Positions 24,466-39,164 of a stretch of DNA of 64,000 nucleotides are shown here, one piece after another (positions within the stretch are counted from its first letter, which is position 1; each line of letters starts with the position of its first letter). The stretch is from Octopus sinensis (taxonomy: Eukaryota), in contig NC_043006.1 of NCBI RefSeq assembly GCF_006345805.1, positions 53,072,001 to 53,136,000 of the forward strand, in the 5' to 3' direction. A program made the position numbers and the translations under genes. The notes under the pieces are model-generated. The model did not search any database, was not told the DNA's origin, and was given only the letters and a program-made list of their open reading frames with translations.

Positions 24466-25430
24466 AAAAGTGCAGCAATAAGTTAACATTTTACATGTAA
24501 CATGTAACGACGTTGTTTGGACAGTGTTGGGGGAATATTTTTCACATTGTACAAATGATAAAGCATTCATGGCTATGAAGGAAGCAATAACGTTTGAGCT
24601 TTTTTGAGGTGATCCCAATAGTGAAGGCCTGTCGTGCCATTTGTTTTTATGTGTGATAGATCTCTGGAATACTTCAGTTTTCATAATGTTTTGTTTTATG
24701 TACAGAGATCATAGTGGGTGGCATAGTTCAACATGAGGTCTAGAAAAAGTAGAGAGAAGACGGATGGTGGTATTAGGATCTCTGAACTGGAAACTTCTAA
24801 GGTTCCATAAGGACATTCTGCGGACCATATCGACTTTATTGTTGATGTGTGCATTCCAGCTGAGGTTGTCCTGATATTGTTTGTTGTTATGAGAAGCTTT
24901 CCCGAAGGAAGTGGATATGGCTAAGTATATTCTCGTTTCCAAAGTGGATGAACTAAAATTTTACCTCGTTTAGTAGCATATTATTCTTTATTCGCCCCAT
25001 ATAATCATAGTGCATAGATCGGATTGGTGTTCTGAGGGGTCGCATACTCCCTTGATGACTCCTTGTAACTTAGCGCCATCTGCAAAGATTTATATTTCAC
25101 TATGTTTGATGACAATAAAAGTAGGTTCAACGCAGTACCCAGAGGAACACTGCTAATGACTATTATTGATCTTAAGTAAATTCCATCGAATACAACATGT
25201 TGGGTTGTGTTTGTAAGGAAATATTCGGTTCACTGTGATAGCTTACTATGGGCTCTAATATATGATAATTCCTTCAGCAGAATGCTGTGGCCAACTCTGT
25301 CGGACGCTAGAGTGAAGCCAAGGTAAATGACATTTATGTTGGATGCCTTTCCCAGAGTATTTGGAATGCATTCAAAGTTGTGCAGAAGCTATGTTAGGCA
25401 GTCTCTGCCACCACGTTGGGATGTAGGAAA
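24466..25430 (-). mobile_element. CR1/L2-type LINE reverse transcriptase fragment, decayed
   Basis: Minus strand SQRGGRDCLT..NVIYLGF..SDRVGHSILL..SSVPLGT..IFADGAK and LSWNAHINNKV...LLSTFSRPHVE. Confidence 0.85.
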
Positions 25431-26324
25431 TGGTTTTTTTCAGTTTTTTTTTTATTTCACTTTTCTGTCGAATACTTAAACGATATGAAAGTAATTCACT
25501 GCGGGTAACTCATCCCTCTTTTAAAAAAAGTTGGACGTCAAACTGGATTAGAAAACGCTCAAGTATAAAACCTGAGCCTAGCGATTTTCTCCCGAGATTT
25601 GCAAGAAGATACGCAAATTAATGCATATACACGTTCAGGATAATAACGAGGAGTCTGTCTGGGCCCACTGCTAATTGGGTTTAACGCAATGATATCCTCT
25701 GAGCAGAAACTTAATTCAGAGAGGATATATTGAGAATCTACTTTAATAATACTACCTAAGCTGACCGCGTCACCGAAGATAGAACAATATTACTTCTGCA
25801 GAAATCATACCATATCTTTGACATTTTAGCGATGATTGTTGTTTTCATCGATCAGTGCGCCGATTGATAAGTTACCCAATTTTATTTTTCAAATAAAAAG
25901 AAAACTGGGATTGTGTTTAATTTTTGAGATGACCCAGTCTTCATCAGCGGCCCTTTATTTATTAATTGGAGACTTCATACTGCTCTGGAGAGGTTGTTTT
26001 TTTCCGACTCAATTGCAATTATTACTCTCGAGAGGGGGAACTGCAGCTGGCAGTATTTTAGCCAATTGAAGTTTTTCTTGCTTATTATTTTTATTTTTTC
26101 GATGAGTGTTTTTCTCTCTACAGGGAGTCAGCATCTATTTATGTTTGTGGGTCGTGATGGGAGTGGTTGCACATATGTGAACAAATGTGTTCTCAAGTAG
26201 CTGCTAAGACACTTTGACAACTACAAGTGCAATATATTCATACTAGTGCATATGTAAATTGCGTACATATGGAATATGCATGCATACCCGCATGCATACA
26301 TACATACATACATACATACATACA

Positions 26325-26356
<32 letters not shown>

Positions 26357-28409
26357 CACACACGAACGTACGTACATACATACATGCATGCATTCATATA
26401 TAGACATATGCATGCATACCTGCCTACATACATGCTAAGGGTTCTCTTCCCATGTTCCTGGGTTCCTAATTCCTGGAAAATTCTATTCTCCGTGAATTCC
26501 AGGCCACGTTATTTAAAAAGTAATTAATTATCAATTGCAAGGCCGTCTTAAAGTGCTCGAGTAATTAAACAAGCTGTCATTAAACCATTTAAAAATCGTT
26601 CACAAAGACGTTTTCTGAGAAATTCGCTCAATTGAAATATACGAACTTCCCCCGAAAAGAGTCGACGACCTTTACGTTAAAAAAAAAAACTGGAACTCTT
26701 GAAGATATAGTATCTTAATTAGTTGAATGCAATAAAGGTTTACTTTTTTTAATTTTTAATCAAGGAATGGTTTTTCCTTTAATGTAGGTGATTCAACATC
26801 AGTTTGTTTAGAAAATAACTGACTTTATCGAAATAACTAATGAAAAGTGAAAGTGAAAAATTTAGTATTTCTTTAGATTAGATGAATCATTTTTGCATAC
26901 TCGTAGATATTTGAGCGCAAATGTTCTCTAATGCAGTAAATTCTGGAACTGCGGTATTATTAAAATTTATGAAAGATTTGCTACCTAATAAATTATCAAA
27001 CTTTTTAAAATAAAATTTCTGAATCCGACCTTAATTTGGAAAAAATATAGTTGCCATAAAAGATGATAGGGTCAGTGTTACATTTAAATTTGGTTAGGAT
27101 ATTAGCTTCAATTGTCAATTGTGATGCGCCCATGGTCTTTATTTAGTTGTTTGTGGTGTTCTTTCTTCTCAAGAAACCTTATTTGTGACGAAGCTAGTTT
27201 AACTGTTGACTGTTGCAACAATGACAGTCAGTTTGAAGCTACATTTGAAGACGATAATTGAAATACAGATTCTGCAGGTAAGACTATGATTAGGGCCAGT
27301 TTTCCATGTGCTTTCAAATTTTAGTATAATATTGTGGCTAATGGTGGAACTCCAAAACCTCAACGCATTTTGACTGCGATTGGGCGTACCATACAAAGCA
27401 TAAAACATCAATCTACAGCTTTTGCAGAGTGTAGGGCTCTATAGACAGTTCTCTAATTGGGCCCCGCATTTCCTAGCGTTTCCTATTTCCTATTTCGCAT
27501 TTCCTATTGTTCATAATTATGATGACCTGCAACAAACCGAATTTAATAAAATAAGCTCCTGAAGCAGAAGAACCTTCTACTGAATAAAATTTAAGCGTTG
27601 GCAACGTCATTTAAACAGCGAGAACGATTATTAGGTCAGTAGGAGGTATCAAAAACAAAAATAGGAAATTCTTAAGAAGTCCGTTTAAGAGAGGCACGCT
27701 CATACATTTACAATAAACAAATGATACCTAGACAAGATGAAATAGGCTATTTGCAATGTTAGAACGATATTTGCTCCTTAAAAGCTGTAATGTAAGTGTT
27801 ATGATTGATACGAAAGCGACTTCTCGTTTTTCAGACAATGAATTTAATGCTACTGGAGCGAAGTAAAGCTGAAGTTGAAAACTAATTCAATGGGATACAA
27901 CTTTGATCTCTTACTAAGCTTTATTTGTATTTACTCAAGAGAAAAATGAATCAAGAAACTACTTAAACAAACCAACACCGGTTGTCAAGCAGTAATAAAC
28001 AAACTCAAACTAAAAGACGCGCGCGCGAAGACGCACATATGTGGGTAATGATGATAAGGTCGAATGCGAGGTCGAATTTCACATGACCGAAAAGTGAGAA
28101 TAACGAATGCCATAATGTCGAAAGATCAAAACCCAGAATTTTGAAAGGCCATCTTAGATTACGAATTTGAATACGATCTACTCATCCTGACAATTTGCGT
28201 TCACACACATTAGGCTGCTCAGTGGTCTTCCAGGCACAATACAACCTGGATCTGGTAAACTACAGTTCTTCGGCGACAACGATTTGATAACATAGGTGAG
28301 GCGAAAGTGACGTTGATGAATACGAAGACGTGGGTGTAGAACTGAATTTTGCTTTGTATAGAGGATTCGTGAGACGGAGTCATTAATGGCACAAATGCAT
28401 AGCTTAATG

Positions 28410-28480
28410 CAATACTCCGCAACCGGTATGTCGCGGCACGCTGGTGTGCCATGAGCCGATGCTAGGTGTGCCGCAATGAA
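28410..28480 (+). mobile_element. Possible hAT-Charlie/Buster terminal region
   Basis: caatactccgcaaccggtatgtcgcggcacgctggtgtgccatgag...aggtgtgccgc resembles Charlie subterminal GTGCCGC repeats (recalled, not searched). Confidence 0.4.
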
Positions 28481-29689
28481 TATAATTCTTCCCATATACT
28501 TTTAGTTATATTTTTAGTTATATTTGAAAAGAATATTAGTGTATCGCAAGTGAAAAAAGATAGTGGAGTACTTACTAGCTTAATGGACGAGATAATACTG
28601 AGTAGTATATGTTTATAGAGAAGGGTAACTTTACCAACATACAATATGTACAATGTAAACAACCTATGCCATTTAATAAAATAGTTATGCCAACTTTTGC
28701 GTAACTTTCAATACGACTCGTGTATGTGTGAAAAAGACGAGTAGATCTCCCACGGGAGATGAATCATGCATCAGCCTTATACCGGAAAAGGGATTCTGAA
28801 CAAATTAATCTGTCAAATTAGCACCTATAAACGTTTTACTAAATAAGCTGTGTGATACAGTAAAGCTATCATGCAGCTTTAGTGGAAACGGAACGAAGCG
28901 CTGGCTCTAAACCTGACTGAAGAAGCATGCCTCTAATAAACGTGTTTTGGGAGTTCATAGCTGCTAGATTTGTTTCAGAAACGAACTAGAAATATTTTCT
29001 CACGTAATATTAATTAAATTATTCAAATCCCAGCGTGGTACATAATTTATATCATTAAAAACCCCCGGAAGTGTTGCATAATTTTCATCATAATGTATAT
29101 ATATGCCTCTGTCTCTGTTTGCTTGTCTCTCTCTTTCTCTCTTTCTCTCTCCCTCCCTCTTTTCTCTCTCTCTGTAAATATGTGTACGTATATTAATTGC
29201 TATGTGTATGTATGCACACACACATACAATAAGATGAGGGTGAACTCAGTTCAAATACATAACTTAATACATGTCGTAAACAGAGATTATGTAGTACATT
29301 TAGTTTATTCTCACAAATTTGAATTTGTTTCTGTTCTACAGCTTTCCAAAAAAGAAAAAAAAAAAAATCATATTGTTAATGGCAGCTCAATTTTAATGAT
29401 GGGAAAACAAAACGAAGATATATATAAAAAAAGAAAGAATGGTAAGTTAAAGAGTGGGAAGTGCGTATGGTTTTATAGGAATGGAGTGTTGCAAGGAAAT
29501 AAAACTGTTTGCAGTAATGGGGAGCTAACGGTCAAGAATATGTGGATATCAATGTGAACGAGTTTACACGCGAAATCGGAAAGAAAAAAAGAAATATAAC
29601 ATAGTTCTAAATTCACGTCTATTTAGTGTTAGTGATTATTTATCCAGAAGCGATCTGAGTGTAGAAGAATGGTTTATAAGTAACAAAAG

Positions 29690-30079
29690 GTGGAGGCGCA
29701 ATGGCCCAGTGGTTAGGGCAGCGGACTCGCGGCCATAGGATCGCGGTTTCGATTCCCAGACCGGGCGTTGTGAGTGTTTATTGAGCGAAAACACCTAAAG
29801 CTCCACGCGGCTTCGGCAGGGGATGGTGGTGATCCCTGCTGTACTCTTTCACCACAACTTTCTCTCACTCTTACTTCCTGTTTCTGTTGTACTTGTATTT
29901 CAAAGGGCCGGTCTTGTCACTCTCTGTGTCACGCTGAATATCCCCGAGAACTACGTTAAGGGTACACGTGTCTGTGGAGTGCTCAGCCACTTACACGTTA
30001 ATTTCACGAGCAGGCTGTTCCGTTGATTCGGATCGACCGGAACCCTCGTCGTCGTAACCGACGGAGTGCTTCCATTTCC
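29690..30079 (+). mobile_element. SINE family A1, 12-bp TSD
   Basis: TSD aagtaacaaaag at 29678-29689 and 30080-30091. Confidence 0.9.
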
Positions 30080-30119
30080 AAGTAACAAAAGAATATGTGT
30101 GTGTATACGTATATATGTG

Positions 30120-30425
30120 GAGGCGCAATGGGCCAGTGGTTAGGGCAGCGGACTCGCGGTCGGAGGATCGCGGTTTCGATTCCCAGGCCGGGCGTTGTGT
30201 GTGTTTATTGAGCAAAAACACCTAAAGCTACACGAGGTTCCGGCAGGGGGTTGTGGCGACCCCTGTTGTACTCTTTCGCCCCAACTTTCTCTCACTCTTT
30301 CTTCCTGTTTCTTGAGTAACGCTGCGATGGACTGGCGTCCCGTCCAGCTGGGGGGAACACATACGCCACAAAAACCGGGAAACCGGGCCCATGAACCTGG
30401 CTATGCTTGAAAAGGGCGCATAAAA
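30120..30425 (+). mobile_element. SINE family A2 (A head, different tail), about 9-bp TSD
   Basis: Same head as A1; tail gctgcgatggactggcgtcccgtccag...gaaaccgg; TSD atatatgtg at 30111-30119 and 30426-30434. Confidence 0.88.
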
Positions 30426-30899
30426 ATATATGTGTATATGTATGTGCATGTGTGTTTGTGCGCGTGTTTACATGTGTGTGTCTGTGTGAGGGTGTTTGTC
30501 CAGAAGCGATCTGGATGTAGAAGAGTAGTTATAAGTAACAAAAGAATATGCGCGCGTGTGTGTATATACGTATATATGTGTATGCATGCTGTTTGTGTTT
30601 GTGTGTATGTGTGTGTGTGTTTACATGTGTGAGTGTGAGAGAGGGTGTTTGTCCAGAAGCGATCTAGGTGTAGAAGAGTGGTTATAAGTAACAAAATAAT
30701 ATGTGTGTGTATACATATACATGTGTTTGCATTTGTGTTTGTGTGTGTGTGTATGTGTGTGTGCGTGTTTACATGTGTATGTGTGTATGTGTGTATGTGT
30801 GTGTGTGTGTGAGGGTGTTGTTGTCAGGTGCGCACATATTGAGATATTACTTTGAAGGATTTAGTCAAACAAATCGACTTCAGTAGTTATTTTTTAATT

Positions 30900-31030
30900 C
30901 GGGTACTTATTTTATTCGTCTCTTTTGCTGAACCGCTACATTATGGCGACATAAACAAACCAATACCAGTTGTTAAGCGGTGATGAGGTGGAGGGAGTCA
31001 AATACAAACACAAATGCACGCAGATACACA
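30900..31030 (-). mobile_element. SINE B internal fragment
   Basis: ctcttttgctgaaccgct...acataaacaaaccaataccagttgttaagcgg is homologous to the B body. Confidence 0.6.
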
Positions 31031-31102
31031 CATTAGTGTGGAAAGTCCAGGGCTGGTGAGTTCGATGTGGATATGATGTCCTTGTTACAGACCTTGTTGA
31101 TA

Positions 31103-31159
<57 letters not shown>

Positions 31160-31163
<4 letters not shown>

Positions 31164-31350
31164 GAAGGACAGCTTTCTGAACCTGGTGGACGGACACTAT
31201 AAGGGATGACGCTCTCCTAATCACTCCTGGATGTCCCCAGTCTAATTCGGGAATACTTAGAAAGCGTCTCCACGTTTTCATCCGGAACTTAAATCGCTTT
31301 ATATCTTTCAAAAAGGGCAGCAATAAGTTAACATTTTACGTGTAACATTG
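31160..31350 (-). mobile_element. 3' terminus of the same CR1/L2-type LINE family as at 24.3-25.4 kb, abutting a (TA)n tail
   Basis: LPFLKDIKRFKFRMKTWRRFLSIP..PGVIRRASS; contains a single copy of the 30-bp unit that is amplified at 24321. Confidence 0.75.
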
Positions 31351-31879
31351 GGTTTGGATTTAAGATTATATTATCCATATCACAAACCTATCGAGAGCGC
31401 CCATTACGTTCACAGATAATCATGCCCTCCCAAGTATGTCATCGATGGATTAGTTAGGGATATCTTGACTAGGATTTCCAACCTTTCCGCCAGTAATGTG
31501 AAATACCAAAATGAGGATCCCAGGAGAGCCAGTTATAGTGATAAAATTAAGTTTATCCATCATATCAAGATTAATCTGTCCCTAAAAAGTTATAGAAATA
31601 TGGATAACCTTACCTGAATTAAGGCATGATTTCATCAAACGTTTGTTTGTTCACCGCGGTTCGGGGGACTCCCAGAATTTTGCTAACCTCAGTAAATCAC
31701 ATACGGCACCAATTCACCACAGCGACAACTTGGCCTCCACGGGGAATGGCGGGCATGAAATCTACCGGCCCCAGCGGTAACCAGGGGCAAATTAATTGTG
31801 GGAGGATTGGGCGGATGGGTCACACCACTAGGTCAATACAGGGAATCTTGAACAGGGCTATATAGATATGAAACCGAAG

Positions 31880-33480
31880 ATCGACCATTTCTCTTTATAA
31901 AAAGTGAAGGGATGACTACACCTATGGCGGAAAGAAGATGAGCAGGAGACTGATAAGTTGGTACGGGCCACTCTATTCATCTAGTGTGAAAACCAAGGTC
32001 CCCAGGGTTTTTTTCCAGATCCCCGAGAAAGCCTTTCTCCTGCAGTATAGGTATCATAGCATTTTCAACAAAAATTCTATGAAACTTTTGCACTCCACCA
32101 CACCCAACGCGGCCAGTATTATAGCTGTATCAATGAAACTTACAAAATATGACGCACAGACCTGCTCTAGGAAAACATTCAGACCATCCATACCAGGAAA
32201 CTTGCCGTTGTTCAGTTCCTAATCAGCATATTTGACTTCTTATTTCTTTATTGCCCACAAGGGGCTAAACACAGAGAGGACAAACAAGGACAGACAAAGG
32301 GATTATGTCGATTACCTCGACCCCAATGCGTAACTGGTACTTAATTTATCGACCCCGAAAGGATGAAAGGCAAAGTCGACCTCGGCGGAATTTGAACTCA
32401 GAACGTAACGGTAGACGAAATACCGCTAAACATTTCACCCGGCGGGCAAACGTTTCTGCCAGTTCGCCGCCTTCTTCTGATAAAGAACCTCTGCAAGCAT
32501 ATCTTCGTCAGGTTTGCATGGTATTGACTTAATGAACTCTTCATCATCGCCTGATGGTAGATTTCAAATTTCGTCAAAATGTTTCCGCCAGTCCAGTATT
32601 TCTTTTGGTTGGCTAAATTGAGATTTGCCACCTTTAGTGCGTAATAGAGCCATGGGAGAAGATAAAGTTCCGAATATCTCACGAAAGGGACCGTACAACA
32701 ATTTGGAATTTCATCAGCCTTAGCCCTTCGCCAAGATTCTCTGATGTTTCTTAACTGTCGCTGAACATGAAATTTTACATCTTTAAGTGCGTTGGTAAAT
32801 TATATTTTTCTCTGTAGCGGGGTAGCCACATTTGAGGAAGGTTGAAAGCGCTCTCTTCTTTTCAAATAACAACTGGTTTTGTCAATTTCATTAAACCAGT
32901 CTTGGTGTTTGTGGCTAGTAAAACCAATCATATCGGCACAAACATCGAACGAGCAATGCATATTTCACGAACACCACGATTGTGGGTGATAGAATAGCCA
33001 GTAAAATACCACTGTTCTGAGCCAAGATACATCCATGAGGTCTTATTCTTATCTTTCAACTGAAACATAGTATTTCCTTTACAAAGGTCTAATTCAGTAT
33101 ACATTTGCAGCAGTAGTTTTCCTTTACTATTACACTTGCCTACACTATGTATCCCAATATCATCCCGTGCATTAGAGGCCCTGTTCTACTCTTGCATTAG
33201 AATCACCAAGAATGATAATTTTGTCAGCTTTAGGAATCTTCCGGGCAAGTTCATACAGAGACATGTAGGAGTAAACTTTTACAGCTTCAGACTAACACAT
33301 AGTTGGAGTATACACACTAACAAGAGTTACATAGTAGTTATTATTCAACGGAAGTTTCATTACATAAGTCACTATGTCAGGTAATTTGCGAATGCTACAG
33401 GTAACATGTAATCCAATATAATCTGCTGCAGGGCTGGGCATTCGGTGACTAAATTGGAAATCCCATTAAGCTTGCTTAGT
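31880..33480 (-). mobile_element. RTE-clade LINE 5' part (APE endonuclease, linker, start of RT), interrupted by a SINE
   Basis: Minus strand VTLVSVYTPTM..KIPKADKIIILGDSNARV..GKCNSKGKLLL..NTMFQ..KTSWM; KHQDWFNEID; RQLRNIRESWRRAKADEI; EVKYA..LNNGKFPGMDGL. Confidence 0.88.
32241..32473 (-). mobile_element. SINE family C monomer (tail 1) inserted in the RTE element
   Basis: Matches the 63078 copy; RTE sequence continues on both sides. Confidence 0.9.
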
Positions 33481-33924
33481 GACGAGGGTGACTGAATACA
33501 CACGCACACACCCACACGCCCACACATACACACCCATTCAAACACAAACACACGTACATATATATATGCACACACACACACACAGATATCCACTCAAACA
33601 CAAACACACGTACATACATATATGCACACACACACATACACACACACATATATAATTTCAATACTGAGCGAATAATTCAGGAGAACATTTGCAGACTTCA
33701 ACGTGACGAGTTGGGGACTTTTTCATCGTGGTAACACGTGCTGAGGAAGGTGAGGCTATAATGCGAAACCAGAAACTGGTCCACGTGAGTCCAAATACTA
33801 GAATGTATGTTGAATGATTTTCTTGACCCGTGTGCTTGCAAGACGGTTGATTTCGCTTGTTATTATCAGTGTTTTTTTTCGGCGATTCAAATAAGAGTTT
33901 TGACTTATGTAGATATACTCAGTA

Positions 33925-34891
<967 letters not shown>

Positions 34892-34910
34892 ATAGATACA
34901 TACATACATG

Positions 34911-35168
34911 CAAAACAATGTAAAGTTCCTTCCCGAGTCATACAGACTCACAAGGGCCAGCTTCCCCAGTTTCCATGGTGTATATATCCCTCACCTGGAC
35001 GTGACGTCGGTCCGTCGTAGGATTACTCATTTTTGCCAGCTGAGTGGACTGGAGCAACGAAATGAAGTGCTTTGTTCAAGAATATAGCGCGTTTCCCGGT
35101 CAAGGAATCAAAACTACAGTCTTACGATCATGAATCCAACACCCTAACCACTAACCATGCGCTTCCAC
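34911..35168 (-). mobile_element. SINE family D head with an A2-like tail
   Basis: Head homologous to 22830; tail ctggacgtgacgtcggtccgtcgtagg matches the A2 tail motif. Confidence 0.75.
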
Positions 35169-35198
35169 ATGCATGCATGTATGCATGTATATATCATA

Positions 35199-35760
35199 CA
35201 GGGTGACCTCAAAATAGCAGAACCCATAAAAATTTTTTATTAAATTTTACAAAGGTTCAGCAAATTTCTTGAAATTTTCTAGACTTAAACTTCGTCCTGT
35301 GTACAATCATTCCTTTTGCATAAAAGTCATGTTCTTTTCAAAATATGCTCCAAATGGCATACGTCGCGCAAACACTTGCATACATCGCGTAAAACTGTCA
35401 ATTACTCGAACACATTCCTTTTTGGGAATTTCCCTGCTTTCTGCTGTGATTGCTGCTTTCAGTTCACCAATCGTTTTAGGGTTGTTCTCGTAAACATCAT
35501 CTGGTAAACATACTCCCACAGATATAAATCTGGGGTGGAGTTCAAGTCCGGTGAATGAGGTACCTACTCAACACCACACTTCCTGCTGATCAGTTTCTCC
35601 TGAAATCACTCTCTCAACCAGGCTATGGAGCCATTTGATGCGTGGGGGATGGCACCGTCTTGCTGGAACCTCTGTTCATCTCGATCTATCCCTCTGCGTC
35701 GTTTAATTCAAACAGCTTTATTCAAAGATTTGTGGGTTCTGTTTTATTGGGGTCACCCTG
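35199..35760 (-). mobile_element. Internally deleted Tc1/mariner (DD41D-like) with both TIRs and TA TSD
   Basis: TIRs cagggtgacctcaaaatagcagaaccca / tgggttctgttttattggggtcaccctg flanked by TA; FQQDGAIPH...SPDLNSTPDLYLW (D-D spacing about 41-42) and VYENNPKTIGELKAAI. Confidence 0.88.
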
Positions 35761-38267
35761 TATAATATCACATATCAGGATAACAGGTAAGCTGAATATG
35801 TCAGTATGATATATAAATTGCTTCATACACCCTTGAAAATTTGTGATTTTTATGCGTTATGCGTCCTCCCTGGTGATACGGTCTGTCAAACTTTATCTCA
35901 ATGAAATTAGAAATTTCTTCTGTCCTTTGTTGCAATTGTTAAAATTTTGCGTGAAATACCATGACATAATGTCGTATGTGACAATAAACGTATTACTTCC
36001 AAAAAACGTAATTTTGGGGGGTGGGTTGGGGGTTGGGTGGGGATTGTTGTTCTGGTTTTTAAATAAGTTTTTGTGTGAAGAGTTGGGTGTATTTTAAATG
36101 AATTATTTATGGAGCAGTGATAACAGGAAGAAATATAATGACGTTATCTCGCAGTTTCATCTTTGTTCTAAATGTTTTGGTTATGTTTCAGAAATGTCAT
36201 GTAAAGATTTTGAAAATGAAATGGTTTGATTACACCATATTGTTGTCGTTGTTGTTGTTGTTGTCTCGTTTTGATTCAGTCCTGATAAAGCCGTTTTATG
36301 ATGAAAGGCATTATATGGGTGTCTACAGCCCATATTGCTTAATATATTTTCTATTTTTATGTTACATTGTGTTTTGAACGAATTCGGCTGCTATGCTTAG
36401 AGCGAGGCTCCTTCGTTGGTGTGAGAGAGGTGTAATTGATTGACTAGGTGTCAGTATAACACAGTTTATCGAGTCCGGAGCGAAGAAGGCATGTGAATTA
36501 CTTTTCTTTTTGTCAGGCGGTGTCGTAGATTTTATTTTTTCCACGATTAAGGCAGCGACTATGACTTTTTACCGGGTCTCCGAAACCACTGGGGTAAACG
36601 GAAGTTATCCTCAAACCGGGGACATAACTTGATAGCTTGTGATTGTGTGGACTCAGTTAAGGATGATGTTACGGTCTTGAACCGAACAGTGGATTAAGTC
36701 CAGCACCCAATACCAGAATTATCCAAATAGTTGTTAAAGAATGTTCGTGTACCAAAGTTTACTCGAGTCAGTGGTAGAAGACTCTTTCGTAAGATGTCGC
36801 GTATGTAGTTGTGAAGCGAACTTCTAAACAAAACTATGTCTGTGTCCAGATAACATCTGTAACGGCTACAACAACTTTAAGCTCATTAATCTTTAACAAC
36901 TAGTTTAACTAAGGAAATATTCCCAAATGAATTTCCATTATTTAATTCAGGTTGCAGATCGCAAATATAAAAAAAAAAAAGAAAAAAGAAAATTCAATAC
37001 ATCAATAATCTAGAGAAACAATATAAGAATTTTAAGCGAGATTTTATATAAAATCAGAAAAATAAAGCAAAATTGAACATATCGGTCGATTAAATTTGCA
37101 GTATATAATGTGAACTTGTACCGATCATTTGAAAATTTGGGTAGAATGACAATATTAAATCTAACGAGAAATAACATAATCAGTATATTAAATTACTGGT
37201 GTGTTAACACTGTTTAGTTTTATTACTATAATGTACCAAAGAACATTATAGTGGGTTGACTAATAAATTTATTGATATGTTCTGCAGTACATTACAGCAT
37301 TCAGGCAGAAAGGTAACTCTCACGGGTAATGTTGTGCTTTTATTAATCTGTAGTTTATAGAATAAATAGCTGTCATTTATTGGATTTGTTTTAACCGACT
37401 TGCCAGAAGAAATTAATATCAGCAAATAAACTACATTAGTAAAGACATACACTTTCGCAGGAAATTGAAATGTCAGCAGGAAATGTAGGGGTTCAATTTC
37501 AGGCGAGGATCTAACACTGATTTTTTCTTTTCTTTTAAAAAAAAAAACATTAAAAAAAAAGTATTTGTTTATATATGTATATCAGTTACTGTAGGGATTA
37601 TGAACTTGTGTTTATACGTGTGTGTGTGTGTGTGTGTGTGTGTTGCGTGTATGTGTGTGTGGTGTGTGCGTGCGTGTGTGTGTGTGTGTGAAAGAGAGAG
37701 AGAGAAGGAGGAACAGGTTGATTCTATGCTTGCTATGAAATATATTTGAAAGGACTTAATCGATTTGTTTTTGGTGACATATTTCATACCTGCCCACTGC
37801 ACTCACACACGCACACACACACACACACGTAAGTTTATGCGTACGTGCGTAAGTGTGTGTGTGTGTGTGTGTTGGTGTGTGTGTGTGTGTGTGTGTGTGC
37901 GTGCGAGCGCGCGCGCGCATTCTGAAGCATGAAAAACTCACATCGATCGTAAAATAAAATGCAAATAATAGCAGAAATAGACTTAGTAACAGTCATATCA
38001 TCAGATGAAGCGTATAAAAATGAAGTAAACTGAGCATTTCATAATTTTTTTAATAAATATTTGCTTATTGAAGAAAAACAAAATCAAAATAATTCTGTGA
38101 GGAATAACTATCTCTGTTTACACATCTAACTAAATGTAAGTTTTGATATGATGATGTTCTTTAAATTGTAGTTGAACAGCTTTCCAACATGCAGGGTAAT
38201 CTGAGTAAGTTACAGAGAGTTACAGATTTAAGATAACAAAAAACATTTCCAAGTGCAAAAATGAAAG

Positions 38268-38482
38268 AAATCTCGATACGAATTTGTTCAGATTGATAAA
38301 TAATAAGACTTGCAAAATGATAACATTGTGCAACGAAAACATAATACAAAACAAAGTCCAGTGACCTTCAAGCAAAACAGTATATCGGTATGAAATTTGA
38401 ACAGATTGATTAAATAATAGACCTGCAAAATGAAGGCAGAGTGAAACGAAAACAATAAAACATAATGACCTTCGAGAAAAAT
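38268..38482. repeat. Degenerate tandem duplication, period about 113 bp
   Basis: cagattgat(a/t)aa..aataaga/agac(t/c)tgcaaaatga...gaaaac...tgacctt recurs at 38289 and 38402. Confidence 0.6.
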
Positions 38483-39095
38483 TGAACTCCTCAGTTTTTT
38501 TCTGTTAGTGGTATAACACAAAGTTCAATATTCTAATTACATTTTCATAATTCCAAAAGGACGTTCGTTCAATTGAATTCAATAAAATTATGCAATCATC
38601 AAATACTAGAGTTTATCTAATATTTTGATAAGTTGAACACACCTGAATGTCAGACGAAACATCTATTTATAAATTGCTTTGTCAATGCACAATATTTACA
38701 TTAATTTCGACTATGTTTTAAGCGACACCTCCTCTCACCTAACACTCACTGACCGATTTAAATGAACAAGTAATTAAGCTAAATTCAATTTATCAAATGA
38801 TTGCTTAGAACCTATCACACCAGTTGGAGGTCAGTAATCAATGTCATTGCAGTTATTATTACTTATACCATCTCTCTCTTCCTTTCCCACCCTTAATTTT
38901 TTTTATTATCTATCCTCATTCTTTTTCTTTCCTTCTTTCCTTTTCTCACATTCTCTCCTTTCCTCTCATATTATTTACTCACACACATTTTATAAACTTG
39001 CTCACAAACTTTAGCCTCCCGAAAATATGCGTACATGCCTCATTTTTTGTTATGTAATATATCTTGTGTGTGGACTTGCGCGCGCGTGCTCGTGC

Positions 39096-39161
<66 letters not shown>

Positions 39162-39164
39162 ATA

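Larger units (their letters stand above)
29640..30820. repeat. About 153-bp tandem repeat, 3 units; first unit split by two SINE insertions
   Basis: ccagaagcgatct...ataagtaacaaaa at 29644, 30500 and 30653. Confidence 0.85.

Noticed and set aside
28178-28495. 105-aa minus-strand ORF
   Set aside because: Its start lies in a probable hAT terminal region; no homology recognised and no convincing splice sites
31795-31842. CGRIGRMGHTTRSI resembling a CCHC zinc knuckle
   Set aside because: Two of three cysteines are absent and would need multiple substitutions; no gag context
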